A stretch of DNA of 64,000 nucleotides. Source: Candidatus Gastranaerophilales bacterium. GTDB lineage: Bacteria; Cyanobacteriota; Vampirovibrionia; Gastranaerophilales; Gastranaerophilaceae. Where the stretch lies: positions 12,480 to 76,479 of the forward strand of contig CANPWQ010000001.1 of the NCBI GenBank assembly GCA_947584965.1, in the 5' to 3' direction. Positions 35,283 through 45,844 of the stretch are shown here, piece after piece. Below the pieces are notes generated by a model, which saw only the letters and a program-made list of their open reading frames with translations, ran no database searches and was not told where the DNA came from. A program made the position numbers and the translations under genes. Position 1 is the stretch's first letter, and the number at the start of each line of letters is the position of its first letter.

Positions 35283-35807
35283 ATGGACAAATATACCGTT
35301 GAAAAAATGCAGACAGATGATGTGAGTGAAGTTTATGAGATAGAAGCACTTATACATCCCAATCATCACTGGTCGAAAGAGTCATTTTTCAATGAGCTTG
35401 CAAATAATCTTGCACGGTATTGGTGCGTAAAAGATATGAATAATAAAATATGTGCCTATATCGGTTATTGGATGATATTTGAAGAAGCGCATATAACAAC
35501 ACTCGGAGTCCATCCTGATTACAGACATCTTCAACTTGCACAGTCATTGATGATAAAAACAATAGAAGATTGTTATAACGAAATGATAAAATATATAACT
35601 CTTGAAGTAAGAGAAAGTAATAAGCCTGCAATTGCTCTTTATGAAAAGTTTTTGTTTGAGTCCATCGGTGTAAGAAAAAATTATTATCAGGATAACGGAG
35701 AAAACGCTATAATAATGTTTACTCAAAATATTTGGTATGATAAATTTAAAAATAATTTTAAAACAATAAAAGAAAATATAAATAAGGTTGATATAGTTTA
35801 TGCTTAA
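35283..35807 (+). CDS. rimI: ribosomal-protein-alanine N-acetyltransferase (GNAT)
   Basis: ITTLGVHPDYRHLQLAQSLM.., LEVRESNKPAIALYEKFLF and NYYQDNGENAIIM. GGAG lies 8 nt upstream of the ATG. Confidence 0.85.
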   Translation: MDKYTVEKMQTDDVSEVYEIEALIHPNHHWSKESFFNELANNLARYWCVKDMNNKICAYIGYWMIFEEAHITTLGVHPDYRHLQLAQSLMIKTIEDCYNEMIKYITLEVRESNKPAIALYEKFLFESIGVRKNYYQDNGENAIIMFTQNIWYDKFKNNFKTIKENINKVDIVYA

Positions 35808-36441
35808 TAAACGGGTAAAAGAGGGAATAAAACAGTTTCATAAAGAAAATAAAAAAATAAAATTCTGCCTCGGTACAATAGCACTTATAGGGTTATGTGT
35901 ACTTCTGTTAATAATATCAACATTTACGCAGATACGAATAAATTTTAATATGCCCGAAAGCGGTATCGGGAACTATTTAAAATTTGAATATATCCCGCAA
36001 ATACCAATAGTAATATTTATAGCAGGATTATTGGGTGAAACATGGGGATTTATTGCGGTTTTAATATATATATTAATGGGACTTACGCCATGGTACCCCG
36101 TTTTTGCGCTTGGCGGCGGACTTCCATACATATTTCAATTTAATTTCGGATATATTTTTGCATATTTGTTTGCTGTAATCTTAAGCGCAAGAGAGATTAA
36201 TAAAGGAAATTCCATTAAGAATATGATATTTGCGGTGCTTTATGGAATTCTTACCGTACACGTTTTTGGAACTTTATATATGATAATTATTGCACTTATA
36301 AGGCATGAAAATTTTGATTTTATTGCAAATTGGATATATTATCAGTCATTATCAAAAATATTGTATGATTTAGTATTTGGTATCCTTGCATTAATTATAG
36401 CAAAAGGATTTCGTAAAATATTATGGCTGATTATGGGTTAA
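35800..36441 (+). CDS. bioY: BioY-family biotin transporter S component (probable)
   Basis: IPQIPIVIFIAGLLG..AVLIYILMGL..PVFALGGGLPYI..FGYIFAYLFA matches the BioY consensus pattern. Confidence 0.6.
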   Translation: MLNKRVKEGIKQFHKENKKIKFCLGTIALIGLCVLLLIISTFTQIRINFNMPESGIGNYLKFEYIPQIPIVIFIAGLLGETWGFIAVLIYILMGLTPWYPVFALGGGLPYIFQFNFGYIFAYLFAVILSAREINKGNSIKNMIFAVLYGILTVHVFGTLYMIIIALIRHENFDFIANWIYYQSLSKILYDLVFGILALIIAKGFRKILWLIMG

Positions 36442-36701
36442 AGTCCAAAATGCAATAATATATTTATAATTAATTTTTCAATTATCTGTAAAAGTATAAA
36501 AGCTATTAAAGGTGAAATATCAATCATGCCGATAGGCGGAATAATTGCTTTAAAAGGAGCCATTATCATATCATAAATTCTTACCAATGAGGCTAAAGGT
36601 TCTTTTCTTTGGTCAAATATCGGTATCCAGCTTAATAATACGACAATAAGTATTATTAAATATACTATTTTAAAGGCAATTGAAACGAGATATGAAATCA
36701 T
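36438..36701 (-). CDS. YggT family membrane protein
   Basis: 87 aa; ..VVLLSWIP.. and ..MIMAPFKAIIPPIGMIDISPLIAFILLQ. Confidence 0.7.
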   Translation of the reverse strand: MISYLVSIAFKIVYLIILIVVLLSWIPIFDQRKEPLASLVRIYDMIMAPFKAIIPPIGMIDISPLIAFILLQIIEKLIINILLHFGL

Positions 36702-36712
36702 TACATGTTCCT

Positions 36713-37522
36713 TTATGACGTATGTGAAGTGTTATAACATTCGCAATTATTGCGTTCAATTGGCGTATTTTCTATAATTGCGAGTAATAATTCTTTTAGT
36801 CTGCTAATATTTGATTTGAAAACTTGAATGACCTCTTGATGAGTAACAGGAGGAACATCGCCTACTAATCCGGCGTCATAGTCTGTTATTAAAGCAATAG
36901 TAACAGGACACATATCAAGCTCATGTACAAGGTGGACTTCAGGATATTGGCTCATATTAATAACTTCCCAGCCTTGGTTGGTAAAGAATTTTGATTCTGA
37001 CTTTGTTGTAAATCTCGGGCCGTTAATAACAACGACGGTTCCCGTTTCATGAACAGTAATTTCGAGTTTTTTTGCCTGTTCTATGGCTATTTGTCTTAAC
37101 TCGGGACAATATGGGTCTGCTGCAGAGGGGTGAACACAATTAGGTCCTTCAAAAAATGTATTTTTTCTGCCGTCTGTCCAATCAACAAACTGATCGCAAA
37201 TTACAAAATCGCCGGGTTTTACATGCTTTTGTAAACTTCCTGCTGCGCAAGGTGATATAACTCTTGTAACTCCTAAGGATTTTAATGCCCAAACATTAGC
37301 TCTATAATTAACTAAGTGAGGTAAAAATCTGTGATTTTTGCCATGCCTGGGAATAAAAGCAACTTTCTTTCCGAATAACTCACCTACTGTTATCGGGTCG
37401 GAAGGTTCTCCGTAGGGTGTATTTACCGTTATTTCTTCATAAGGAGTACCTGATTTTTCAAAAAAACTGTAAAATCCGCTCCCGCCTATTATACCTATTT
37501 GTGCTTGATTTTTCTCACTCAT
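36713..37522 (-). CDS. mtnP: S-methyl-5'-thioadenosine phosphorylase
   Basis: IGIIGGSGFY, FIPRHGKNHRFLPH..NYRANVWALKSLGV. Confidence 0.9.
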   Translation of the reverse strand: MSEKNQAQIGIIGGSGFYSFFEKSGTPYEEITVNTPYGEPSDPITVGELFGKKVAFIPRHGKNHRFLPHLVNYRANVWALKSLGVTRVISPCAAGSLQKHVKPGDFVICDQFVDWTDGRKNTFFEGPNCVHPSAADPYCPELRQIAIEQAKKLEITVHETGTVVVINGPRFTTKSESKFFTNQGWEVINMSQYPEVHLVHELDMCPVTIALITDYDAGLVGDVPPVTHQEVIQVFKSNISRLKELLLAIIENTPIERNNCECYNTSHTS

Positions 37523-37567
37523 AATATTTCTCCTAAATGACAGAAATATTTTAGCATAAAAAAACGC

Positions 37568-37597
37568 ATAAAAAAACCGCTCTGTTAAGAGTGGTTT
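37568..37597 (-). terminator. rho-independent terminator after the tandem pilin-like genes
   Basis: Minus strand AACCACUCU-uaac-AGAGCGGUU (one A-C mismatch) followed by U7. Confidence 0.6.
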
Positions 37598-37604
37598 TAA
37601 TTCA

Positions 37605-38255
37605 CTATTCTTGAGTTTTTGTTAATTGAAGAGAATTTTCAATTAAATCATTTTCATAATCATATTTATCGGTATCAGCCGTATCAATTTTACCGTCGTA
37701 TGAAACACGAATTTTTAAACCTTGAGCATCAGAACCTCTTTTTGACACAACCTTTTTAAACTCAGAATCAGAAATAGGACGGTCAACATAAATTTCACGG
37801 GTTCTGCCTGTTTCGCTGTCCAAACTGAATATTTTACCTTCAAGTCCCCAATATCTTATACCATCTGAAGTAATAAAGTTAGGAGAACTGTAGCAGGAAC
37901 CCAAAGGACCTCTTGCGCTCTGATCGTCGGCAGCGCATTCAAATTTAAAATTATCTGTTGGATTACCGCAATGAACGGCACCTGAAGTATTGAGTGCATC
38001 TGCAATTGACTGACAGAAAGTATGATCCGGAATGTTATCATCTGCCCAATATGCAGCGGAGTTTGCTGCAACAGAATATACCGTAGAATCCATTGCATTA
38101 GCTACGGCATTTTGCATATCATACAAGGCTTTTTTGTAATAAACTTTATCTTTATCCGGTCTGACATTATCAATAACAGGAATTAAAATTGCAAATAAAA
38201 CAGCAATTATTGCTAATGTAACTAATGCTTCTGATAGAGTAAATGCTTTTTTCAT
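37605..38255 (-). CDS. prepilin-type N-terminal methylation domain protein
   Basis: MKKAFTLSEALVTLAIIAVLFAILIPV. The C-terminal part is paralogous to the next gene (SPNFITSDGIRYWGLEGK). Confidence 0.8.
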   Translation of the reverse strand: MKKAFTLSEALVTLAIIAVLFAILIPVIDNVRPDKDKVYYKKALYDMQNAVANAMDSTVYSVAANSAAYWADDNIPDHTFCQSIADALNTSGAVHCGNPTDNFKFECAADDQSARGPLGSCYSSPNFITSDGIRYWGLEGKIFSLDSETGRTREIYVDRPISDSEFKKVVSKRGSDAQGLKIRVSYDGKIDTADTDKYDYENDLIENSLQLTKTQE

Positions 38256-38323
38256 TATTTTTTCCTTATACTCACATAAAATTAAATTAATACTATTACA
38301 ATATAATAATACCACAATTCATA

Positions 38324-38917
38324 TTAAAAATCACCAATTATTTTATTTTCATAATCAAAATTTAAATTTTGTGATTCTGAACTGCCTGATGTGGAATTAT
38401 CAGGTATAGAAACGTGACCGTTATATGAAATATTGATTTTCAATCCCGGCTCTTCGTGGTATGAATCTCTTTTTTTAGCAAGATTATTTATTTCATTTCT
38501 GCTAAGTTTTCTGTCAAAGTATACTGTTTTTTCTCCTCCAATGTTAAATTTACCCTCAAACCCCCAAAATCTTATTCCGTCAGTTGTAATAAAGTTAGGA
38601 GAGTTATAACTTGATGATTCGTTACAGCTGCTTTTACCCGAAATATTTAATGTCTCCGCAAATAATTCACAAAAACGTGATTCGGAAGTAAGCCCTGCTA
38701 AATAATAATTTATACCATTGTCATCTGTAACTTCTTCAACTTCTTTCATATTCATTATTTTATTCAATGCTGCTTGAATGCTTTGTGATCCTTTTTTGTA
38801 GAATATCGGATCTTTATCAGGGCTGACATTATTTAAAACAGGTATTGTAACTGCCATAACAACACCTAATATTGTTAAAGTGACCAGTACTTCTGCTAAA
38901 GTAAACCCTTTTTTCAT
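38324..38917 (-). CDS. prepilin-type N-terminal methylation domain protein
   Basis: MKKGFTLAEVLVTLTILGVVMAVTIPV, with a GGAGG RBS. The track's 112-aa N-terminal extension overlaps rpmE and is rejected. Confidence 0.8.
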   Translation of the reverse strand: MKKGFTLAEVLVTLTILGVVMAVTIPVLNNVSPDKDPIFYKKGSQSIQAALNKIMNMKEVEEVTDDNGINYYLAGLTSESRFCELFAETLNISGKSSCNESSSYNSPNFITTDGIRFWGFEGKFNIGGEKTVYFDRKLSRNEINNLAKKRDSYHEEPGLKINISYNGHVSIPDNSTSGSSESQNLNFDYENKIIGDF

Positions 38918-39061
38918 AGTCCTCCAATAAATTTTATATAAGCATACAAAAATTATAATACAATTATTTAATATAAAATACAATTTTTTAAAATTTACTT
39001 GATATAAAATTTTTAGGTGTATATAATTCATTATCGGAAATACTAGCAAAGGAATGAAAAA

Positions 39062-39268
39062 ATGAAAAAAGGAATACATCCCGAATACAAAAAAACAGTT
39101 ATAAAATGTGTATGCGGTAACGAAATTGAAACAGGCTCGGTTATGGATGATATTACGGTTGAAATTTGTAATCATTGTCATCCGTTCTATACAGGTAATC
39201 AAAAAATTGTTGATACCGAAGGTCGTATTGAAAAATTCAAAAAACGTTATCAAAAAAATCAGAAATAA
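39062..39268 (+). CDS. rpmE: 50S ribosomal protein L31 (Zn-ribbon type A)
   Basis: [23 protein letters not shown]. Confidence 0.95.
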   Translation: MKKGIHPEYKKTVIKCVCGNEIETGSVMDDITVEICNHCHPFYTGNQKIVDTEGRIEKFKKRYQKNQK

Positions 39269-39273
39269 CTTTT

Positions 39274-39306
39274 GCTGTGCTTTGTTTACAAAGCACAGCT
39301 TTTTTA
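39274..39306 (+). terminator. rho-independent terminator of rpmE
   Basis: GCUGUGCUUUG-uuua-CAAAGCACAGC followed by U6. Confidence 0.85.
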
Positions 39307-39349
39307 AACCCGCTTTAATGACGGGTTTTTGTATGTAACGGAGGAAGTT

Positions 39350-40051
39350 ATGACAAATGACGGATATGCACAGGTTAAATTAATTTCAAAACCCGAAAAT
39401 ATGCTTAAAACAATATATACGGCATGCAGGACCTGCTATAGCAGTGATTCGCCATTGAATATTTATGAGTGTGATAATGCTCAAGATAACGAAAAAATGC
39501 TTAAACTTATAAACAGAGTTATATCATCAGGGCATTACAGCACTATTGAACATATTCAGGTCAGCTTCGCAATCAGCAATATATCGCGGGCATGCTCTCA
39601 TCAGCTTGTAAGGCACAGACACATGTCATTTTCGCAAAAATCCCAAAGGTATGTTAAAGAAAAAGAGCAGTTTGAATATTTAATTCCGGATAGTATCGCA
39701 GAAAATGAGGAATTAAAAACAAAATTTGAAAATTTTATGGGTAAGATTTCCGAATTTTATTTGGAATTGACAGAAAAAGGTATTCCTGCGGAAGATGCAA
39801 GGGCAGTACTTCCGAATGCAGCTTCTACAAGTATGGTTGCGAGTTTGAATTTAAGAGAAATGATACATCTTGCAAATTTAAGATTATGTACAAGAGCTCA
39901 AAAAGAAATAAGAATACTTGTTAAAAGAATGTGTGATGCACTTACGGCAGAAGAACCGTGGTTAAAAGAATATCTTGTTCCAAAGTGCGAAAGATTAGGA
40001 TATTGTGATGAAGATAAATCCTGCGGAAGAAAACAGGTAAAAGGTAAATAA
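39350..40051 (+). CDS. thyX: FAD-dependent thymidylate synthase ThyX
   Basis: ThyX motif [23 protein letters not shown] before the ATG at 39350. Confidence 0.93.
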   Translation: MTNDGYAQVKLISKPENMLKTIYTACRTCYSSDSPLNIYECDNAQDNEKMLKLINRVISSGHYSTIEHIQVSFAISNISRACSHQLVRHRHMSFSQKSQRYVKEKEQFEYLIPDSIAENEELKTKFENFMGKISEFYLELTEKGIPAEDARAVLPNAASTSMVASLNLREMIHLANLRLCTRAQKEIRILVKRMCDALTAEEPWLKEYLVPKCERLGYCDEDKSCGRKQVKGK

Positions 40052-40053
40052 TT

Positions 40054-41136
40054 ATGGAAGAAATGCTTGATAAAATACTGCAAATAGAAAATAAATATAC
40101 TGAACTCGGGCAAATATTATCTGATCCCGAGGTTATACAAGATTATAACAGATTTAAAACATTGTCCAAGCAAAGAAAGGCAATGGAAGAAACTGTTGAA
40201 GTATATCACAGCTGGAAAGACTCGGAGCAGGCTGTTCAAGACGCACAAGAAATGTTAAAAAACGAGCAGGATGAATCAATGCGTGAATTTCTGCATAATG
40301 AAATAAACGAAAATGAAAATAAAATGGCAGAACTGGAAGAAAGAATGCGAATTCTGCTTCTTCCGCGCGATCCCATGGATGATAAAGATATTATGCTTGA
40401 AATAAGAGGCGGAGCAGGCGGAGATGAAGCAAACATCTTTGCGGGCGACCTTATGAGAATGTATTTAAGATATGCCGATAAGCAAGGCTGGCAGACTCAA
40501 GTATTAAGTAAAACCGACTGTGAAGCGGGCGGAGTATCAGAAGTTATTATTTCAATTAAAGGGGACAGTATTTATTCAAAACTAAAATACGAATCGGGTG
40601 TGCATAGAGTTCAAAGAGTTCCCGCAACGGAGTCGCAGGGCAGAGTGCATACTTCCACCGCAACGGTTGCCGTAATGCCTGAAGTCGATGATGTTGAAAT
40701 TGAATTAAATATGAATGATATAGAAATAACAACAGCGCGTTCGGGCGGTGCAGGCGGTCAGAACGTAAATAAAGTTGAAACTGCGGCAAGGGTGTTTCAT
40801 AAACCGACAGGGATTATGATTTTCTGTACGGAAGAACGTTCACAGCTTCAAAATAAAGAACGCGCACTTCAAATATTAAAAGCAAAACTTTATGATATGG
40901 AAGTGCAGAAACAAATGAAAGAAGTGACCGATTTAAGACGTTCACAAGTCGGAACAGGAGACCGCTCCGAGCGTATCAGGACGTATAATTTCCCGCAAGG
41001 ACGCTTAACAGACCATAGAATAGGTCAAAATTTGAATGTATGGACCGTTATTGACGGAGATTTGGATGAATTAATTGGTTTATTGATGGCTCATGACCAG
41101 AAATTAAAACTGGAAAAACTGGCTGAAATAAACTAG
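40054..41136 (+). CDS. prfA: peptide chain release factor 1
   Basis: PAT tripeptide ([13 protein letters not shown]) and the GGQ motif ([11 protein letters not shown]). Confidence 0.97.
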   Translation: MEEMLDKILQIENKYTELGQILSDPEVIQDYNRFKTLSKQRKAMEETVEVYHSWKDSEQAVQDAQEMLKNEQDESMREFLHNEINENENKMAELEERMRILLLPRDPMDDKDIMLEIRGGAGGDEANIFAGDLMRMYLRYADKQGWQTQVLSKTDCEAGGVSEVIISIKGDSIYSKLKYESGVHRVQRVPATESQGRVHTSTATVAVMPEVDDVEIELNMNDIEITTARSGGAGGQNVNKVETAARVFHKPTGIMIFCTEERSQLQNKERALQILKAKLYDMEVQKQMKEVTDLRRSQVGTGDRSERIRTYNFPQGRLTDHRIGQNLNVWTVIDGDLDELIGLLMAHDQKLKLEKLAEIN

Positions 41137-41150
41137 AGTCGGCAAAAGGA

Positions 41151-42110
41151 ATGGAAGAATATAAACACTATCCCGTAATGTTAAATGAAGCCGTCGGCGC
41201 ACTAAATTGCACAGACGGGAAATTATATATTGATGCAACATTAGGCGGCGGCGGATACAGCGAATTAATATTAAAGCAAATATCGCCTAACGGCAGATTG
41301 ATAGCCTTTGATGTTGATGAAGCAGCAATAAAATATTCGAGTGAGAAATTAAAAGATTACAAAAATTTAACGATTGTAAACGAATCTTACACAAATATTA
41401 AGAAATATTTAGAAGAAAACAAAATAAAAGAAATAACCGGCGGAATAGTTTTTGACCTCGGCGCGTCAAGTGCTCAACTGACTTCCAAAGAGAGGGGTTT
41501 CAGCTTTTTAAGTAATTCGAAATTAGACATGAGATTTAACCAAAGGGCTGATTTTTCCGCTTATGATGTGATTAATGATTACAAAGAAGATGAATTAGTC
41601 CGAATATTCAGTGAATACGGGGAAGAACGGTTTTCAAAAAGGATTGCTAAAAAAATAGTTGAAAAGCGAAAATTAAAAAAAATTGAAACAACCAAAGAGC
41701 TTACAGACATTGTATTTGAAGCAACTCCAAGAATAAAATTAAAAATTCATCCGGCCACAAGAGTATTCCAAGCAGTCAGAATCGAAGTTAACCATGAACT
41801 TGACAATATAAAAAATACATTAAACGAAGTGCTTACATTATTATCAAATGGTGCTATACTATCAGTAGTAACATTCCATTCTTTGGAGGACAGAATAGTA
41901 AAACAATTTTTCAAATACTATTCGCATGAATGGGTTGACTCTCAAGAGAGCAGTATTGAATATGCTCGCGGGGGGATAATAAATTTCAATAAGCCGTTGG
42001 TTGAGCTTATCAACAAAAAACCGATTACGGCAAGTGAAAAGGAAATTAAAATAAATCCTCCGTCAAGGTCGGCAAAACTTAGAGCAGCAAGAAGAATAAA
42101 TAAACAATAG
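41151..42110 (+). CDS. rsmH: 16S rRNA (cytosine1402-N4)-methyltransferase RsmH/MraW
   Basis: HYPVMLNE.., DATLGGGGYS, DLGASSAQL, and FHSLEDRIVK. Confidence 0.95.
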   Translation: MEEYKHYPVMLNEAVGALNCTDGKLYIDATLGGGGYSELILKQISPNGRLIAFDVDEAAIKYSSEKLKDYKNLTIVNESYTNIKKYLEENKIKEITGGIVFDLGASSAQLTSKERGFSFLSNSKLDMRFNQRADFSAYDVINDYKEDELVRIFSEYGEERFSKRIAKKIVEKRKLKKIETTKELTDIVFEATPRIKLKIHPATRVFQAVRIEVNHELDNIKNTLNEVLTLLSNGAILSVVTFHSLEDRIVKQFFKYYSHEWVDSQESSIEYARGGIINFNKPLVELINKKPITASEKEIKINPPSRSAKLRAARRINKQ

Positions 42111-42128
42111 TCAACAGGGGAAAGATAA

Positions 42129-42572
42129 TTGAGCAGAAGTGCAATAAATTATTCAGGTAAAATTTATTATAATGAACAGGTGAAACAAGCACCCGTTTCA
42201 AACCCTGTTATATACGGAAAATTTCCCAAGTATAATTCAAAGAAAACGCCGGTTGAAAAGTTAAATAAAGTTTTAACCGTTATGTTAATGGGTTTAGTTA
42301 TGTTATCTCTTGTCAGTTATTATTTTGTTTCCGATAGGGAAAAAACAATGAATAATCTCGGGCATGAAATAGTTACTTTAAGTAATGAGAATATAGAATT
42401 ACAAAATAAAATTGATAATATGCATTCTTTTGAAAAAGTAGATGAATATATACACAGCAAAACATTATTGGATACAGCTAAAAAAGTAATAGAAATACCA
42501 GCGGTAAATATTATTCAGGCGCCAAAACCGCAGTCAATGCCGATAAACTACAAATGGTCAATCGGATATTAA
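42129..42572 (+). CDS. ftsL: FtsL-like cell division protein (single TM plus short coiled-coil)
   Basis: Position between rsmH and ftsI. TM segment LTVMLMGLVMLSLVSYYFV followed by a helical LSNENIELQNKIDNM. TTG start with AGGGGAAAG RBS. Confidence 0.55.
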   Translation: MSRSAINYSGKIYYNEQVKQAPVSNPVIYGKFPKYNSKKTPVEKLNKVLTVMLMGLVMLSLVSYYFVSDREKTMNNLGHEIVTLSNENIELQNKIDNMHSFEKVDEYIHSKTLLDTAKKVIEIPAVNIIQAPKPQSMPINYKWSIGY

Positions 42573-42634
42573 ATTTAGTTAACAATTTTTCCATAAATGT
42601 ATAATATGATACCCTGTTTATAGGGATTTTTACC

Positions 42635-44353
42635 ATGGAACAAAGCGAGAAAGAAAGTAAATTAAAACAGATAGAAAAACGAATAAAAAAAGCACAAATC
42701 ATATTATTAGGCTTATTTACCGTTGCCATTATATATTTATTTTTACTTCAAATTGTTGATATAAGGCATTATAAGGCAAAAGCAAAAAATCAAAGATACA
42801 GCAAAAATTTTATAATGCGCGGGCAAATAGTTGATAGAAACGGTGTAAGACTGGCAAGTGACCGGACATCGTTTAATTTGTATGTACACAGAGAATATTT
42901 TGACCATACCCCCGAAGAATTGGCACAATTACTGGCTCCGTTAATCGGTGTTGATAAAAAAACAATAGTAAAATCAATAAATAAAGGAGCAACCGTCATC
43001 CTCATAAAAAAAGATGTGGATAGACAGACGGCAGAAAAAATAAAAAAATTGGGACTTAGAGAAATAAGCCTTGATAAGAAAAATGAAAGAGTTTATCCGC
43101 AGGATGAACTGGCTGCACATATTATAGGATATTACAATCCGGATGCCGATACAGCTTCGGGGGTTGAATTAATTGCAAAAGAAACGCTTGAGGATGTTGA
43201 AAAAAATGTAAAAGTCCAAAGGACACCGCGCGGAGATATAATATATGACACAGGAACTGATCCTATATTGGCGGCAACTCCGCAAGTCGGAAAAACTGTT
43301 ACTTTAACAATAGATTCTGCAATACAACATGTTTGCGAGCGTGAGCTTTTAAATATGGTTCAAGAAAAAAATGCTTCTCGCGGCGCTGTTATTGTTATGA
43401 ATCCTAAAAACGGAGAAATACTGGGTTATGCGGTTTATCCCAGATATAATCCCAATAACTATAAAAAAGTGCCTGCAATAAGATTAAAAAATTGGACATT
43501 ATCTGATGTTTATCCTCCCGGGTCAACCTTTAAAACCCTTACCGTTGCGGCAGGGCTGGAGAGCGGAAAAATAAATTCGGCTTCCAGAATTTTGGATACG
43601 GGTAAAATGCAGCTTGGGAATTGGACTATAACTAATTATGATATTAATAAACATCCGTATCCCGGTATGATTAACTTGGTTTATTTGCTTGAACACTCAA
43701 GCAATGTAGGCAGCGCAAATATTGCGCTTATGATGTCGCCTGCTGAATTTTATAATATTTTATCAAATTTCGGTATAGGTAAAAAAACGGGAATAGATTT
43801 AAACGGCGAGTCATCAGGGTTGCTGCCTAAACCCTTTAAATGGGATAAATCCAGACAGGCTACCATGGGTTACGGTTACGGAGCTTCCGTTACCTCCGTT
43901 CAAATGATTAGTGCTGTCAGTGCTTTAGCCAATAACGGAGTTAGAGTTACTCCTCATGTTATTAAGTATTCTCCGGAAGAAGAAGCGGTAAAAATAAAAA
44001 AAGTTCAGGTAATTTCTCCCGAAACAGCCAAAACAGTAACAAGGCTTTTAGCTCAAAGTGTTGCTAACTCAAAATCGTTTATAAATTTAGACAAATATAC
44101 GGTTGCGGGAAAAACAGGTACATCTAAAAAACCTAAAGAAAATTCAAAGGGATATTCTAATTCCTTATATACCTCTGTTGTCGGTTATCTTCCTGCAAAT
44201 AACCCTCAAATTCTTGTTTATGTTGTTGTGGATGTTCCTTCCACTTTAGGTATCTGGGGTAATACGGTTGCAGGCCCGGTATTCAAAGAAGTCGCTAATC
44301 AGTGTGCGAGAATATTAAATATTCCGCCGGATAAAAATGTTGGAAATAGTTAA
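42635..44353 (+). CDS. ftsI: class B penicillin-binding protein (FtsI/PBP3-like transpeptidase)
   Basis: N-terminal TM; SxxK (GSTFKT), SxN (SSN) and KTG (GKTGTS). Confidence 0.9.
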   Translation: MEQSEKESKLKQIEKRIKKAQIILLGLFTVAIIYLFLLQIVDIRHYKAKAKNQRYSKNFIMRGQIVDRNGVRLASDRTSFNLYVHREYFDHTPEELAQLLAPLIGVDKKTIVKSINKGATVILIKKDVDRQTAEKIKKLGLREISLDKKNERVYPQDELAAHIIGYYNPDADTASGVELIAKETLEDVEKNVKVQRTPRGDIIYDTGTDPILAATPQVGKTVTLTIDSAIQHVCERELLNMVQEKNASRGAVIVMNPKNGEILGYAVYPRYNPNNYKKVPAIRLKNWTLSDVYPPGSTFKTLTVAAGLESGKINSASRILDTGKMQLGNWTITNYDINKHPYPGMINLVYLLEHSSNVGSANIALMMSPAEFYNILSNFGIGKKTGIDLNGESSGLLPKPFKWDKSRQATMGYGYGASVTSVQMISAVSALANNGVRVTPHVIKYSPEEEAVKIKKVQVISPETAKTVTRLLAQSVANSKSFINLDKYTVAGKTGTSKKPKENSKGYSNSLYTSVVGYLPANNPQILVYVVVDVPSTLGIWGNTVAGPVFKEVANQCARILNIPPDKNVGNS

Positions 44354-44368
44354 AAAAAGGCAAAAAAT

Positions 44369-45844
44369 ATGCAGTTAAACGAATTAGTAAAACTTATAAA
44401 AGATTATAAAACGGAAAAATTTGAAAACGTTGAAATAACAGGATTATCTTATAATTCTAAAAACGTAAAAAACGGTGATTTATTTATTTGTATAAGAGGT
44501 GAGGCTTCTGACGGGCATAATTATGCTCAAAATGCGGTGGATAACGGGGCAAAAGCAATATTTTGCGAGGAAGCCTTGAGTGTAAATGTACCTCAAATTA
44601 TTGTAAATGACACAAAAAGGACTATGGCAAATATAGCTGCCGCTTTTTATAATGAACCTTCTAAAAGTATTAATTTAATAGGTGTAACGGGTACTAACGG
44701 AAAAACAACGGTAACTCACTTAATTCAACGAATATTGGAAGAAAATAATGAAAAATGTGCGCTTATAGGTACGTTAGGCTATAAAATGTCAAGTTCTGAC
44801 GGTTATCATGAAGCAAAACATACAACTCCTCAGCCTCCCGAACTTCAAAGGGATATCCGATTAATGGCTGATAACGGAATTAAAAATGTTGTAATGGAGG
44901 TAAGCTCTCATTCATTAGAACAAAACAGGGTAGGCTGCTGTGATTTTGACGGTGCGGTATTTACTAATTTAACTCAAGACCATTTAGACTATCATATAAC
45001 AATGAGAAATTATTTTAAGGCAAAAGCTCTTTTATTTGAAAATTTAAAACAAGGTGCATTTGCAGTGATAAATGCGGATGATGAATATGCAAAGGATTTC
45101 TTAAATGTAATTCCTGCGGGAGTTAAAGTTTTAACATACGGGGTTAAACAAGAAGCTGATATTAAAGCGGAAGAAATAGAATTTTCCGTTGACGGTGCTA
45201 AATTAACAGTGGATTTTCAAGGAAAAAAAGAAAAAATGAATTTGCATTTAAACGGAATGTTCAGTGTTTATAACGCATTAGCTGCATTTTCCGCAGGACT
45301 TGCAATGAATATTGATTATAAAATAATAATAAAAGCACTTGAAAATACAAAAAGTGTTGCAGGCAGATTTGAAATCGTAAATAAAAAACCAATGGTAATA
45401 GTCGATTATGCACACACTCCCGACGGACTTGAAAATGTATTAAAAGCGGCAAGAGAATTAACTGCTAAAACATCTGATTTAATATGTTTATTTGGCTGCG
45501 GAGGCGACAGAGATACTACAAAGCGTCCTAAAATGGGTAAAATTGCCGATGAATTGGCAGATAAAGTTGTGGTTACTTCTGATAATCCCAGAAGTGAGGA
45601 CCCGCAGTTAATAATATCGGATATAATGACGGGAATAAAAACCGTCGATACAAAACGAATATTTGTAGAACCCGACAGACGTGAAGCAATTAAATTTTTA
45701 AAAACAATTTCAAAGTCCGATGATGTAATAGTGATTGCGGGAAAAGGGCATGAAGATTATCAAATATTAAAAAATGAAACTATCCATTTTGACGATAGGG
45801 AAGAAGCAAGAAAAGTGTTTGTTGAATTAGGAGGCAGAGTATGA
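44369..45844 (+). CDS. murE: UDP-N-acetylmuramoyl-L-alanyl-D-glutamate--2,6-diaminopimelate ligase
   Basis: GVTGTNGKTT; the DNPR motif (TSDNPRSEDP) indicates meso-DAP specificity. Confidence 0.95.
   Translation: MQLNELVKLIKDYKTEKFENVEITGLSYNSKNVKNGDLFICIRGEASDGHNYAQNAVDNGAKAIFCEEALSVNVPQIIVNDTKRTMANIAAAFYNEPSKSINLIGVTGTNGKTTVTHLIQRILEENNEKCALIGTLGYKMSSSDGYHEAKHTTPQPPELQRDIRLMADNGIKNVVMEVSSHSLEQNRVGCCDFDGAVFTNLTQDHLDYHITMRNYFKAKALLFENLKQGAFAVINADDEYAKDFLNVIPAGVKVLTYGVKQEADIKAEEIEFSVDGAKLTVDFQGKKEKMNLHLNGMFSVYNALAAFSAGLAMNIDYKIIIKALENTKSVAGRFEIVNKKPMVIVDYAHTPDGLENVLKAARELTAKTSDLICLFGCGGDRDTTKRPKMGKIADELADKVVVTSDNPRSEDPQLIISDIMTGIKTVDTKRIFVEPDRREAIKFLKTISKSDDVIVIAGKGHEDYQILKNETIHFDDREEARKVFVELGGRV

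Noticed and set aside
38918-39253. 112-aa N-terminal extension of the pilin-like ORF (track 38324-39253), and the 39108-39338 ORF
   Set aside because: The extension runs antisense through rpmE (L31), whose identity is unambiguous. The internal ATG at 38917 has a GGAGG RBS and gives the canonical MKKGFTLAE prepilin start.
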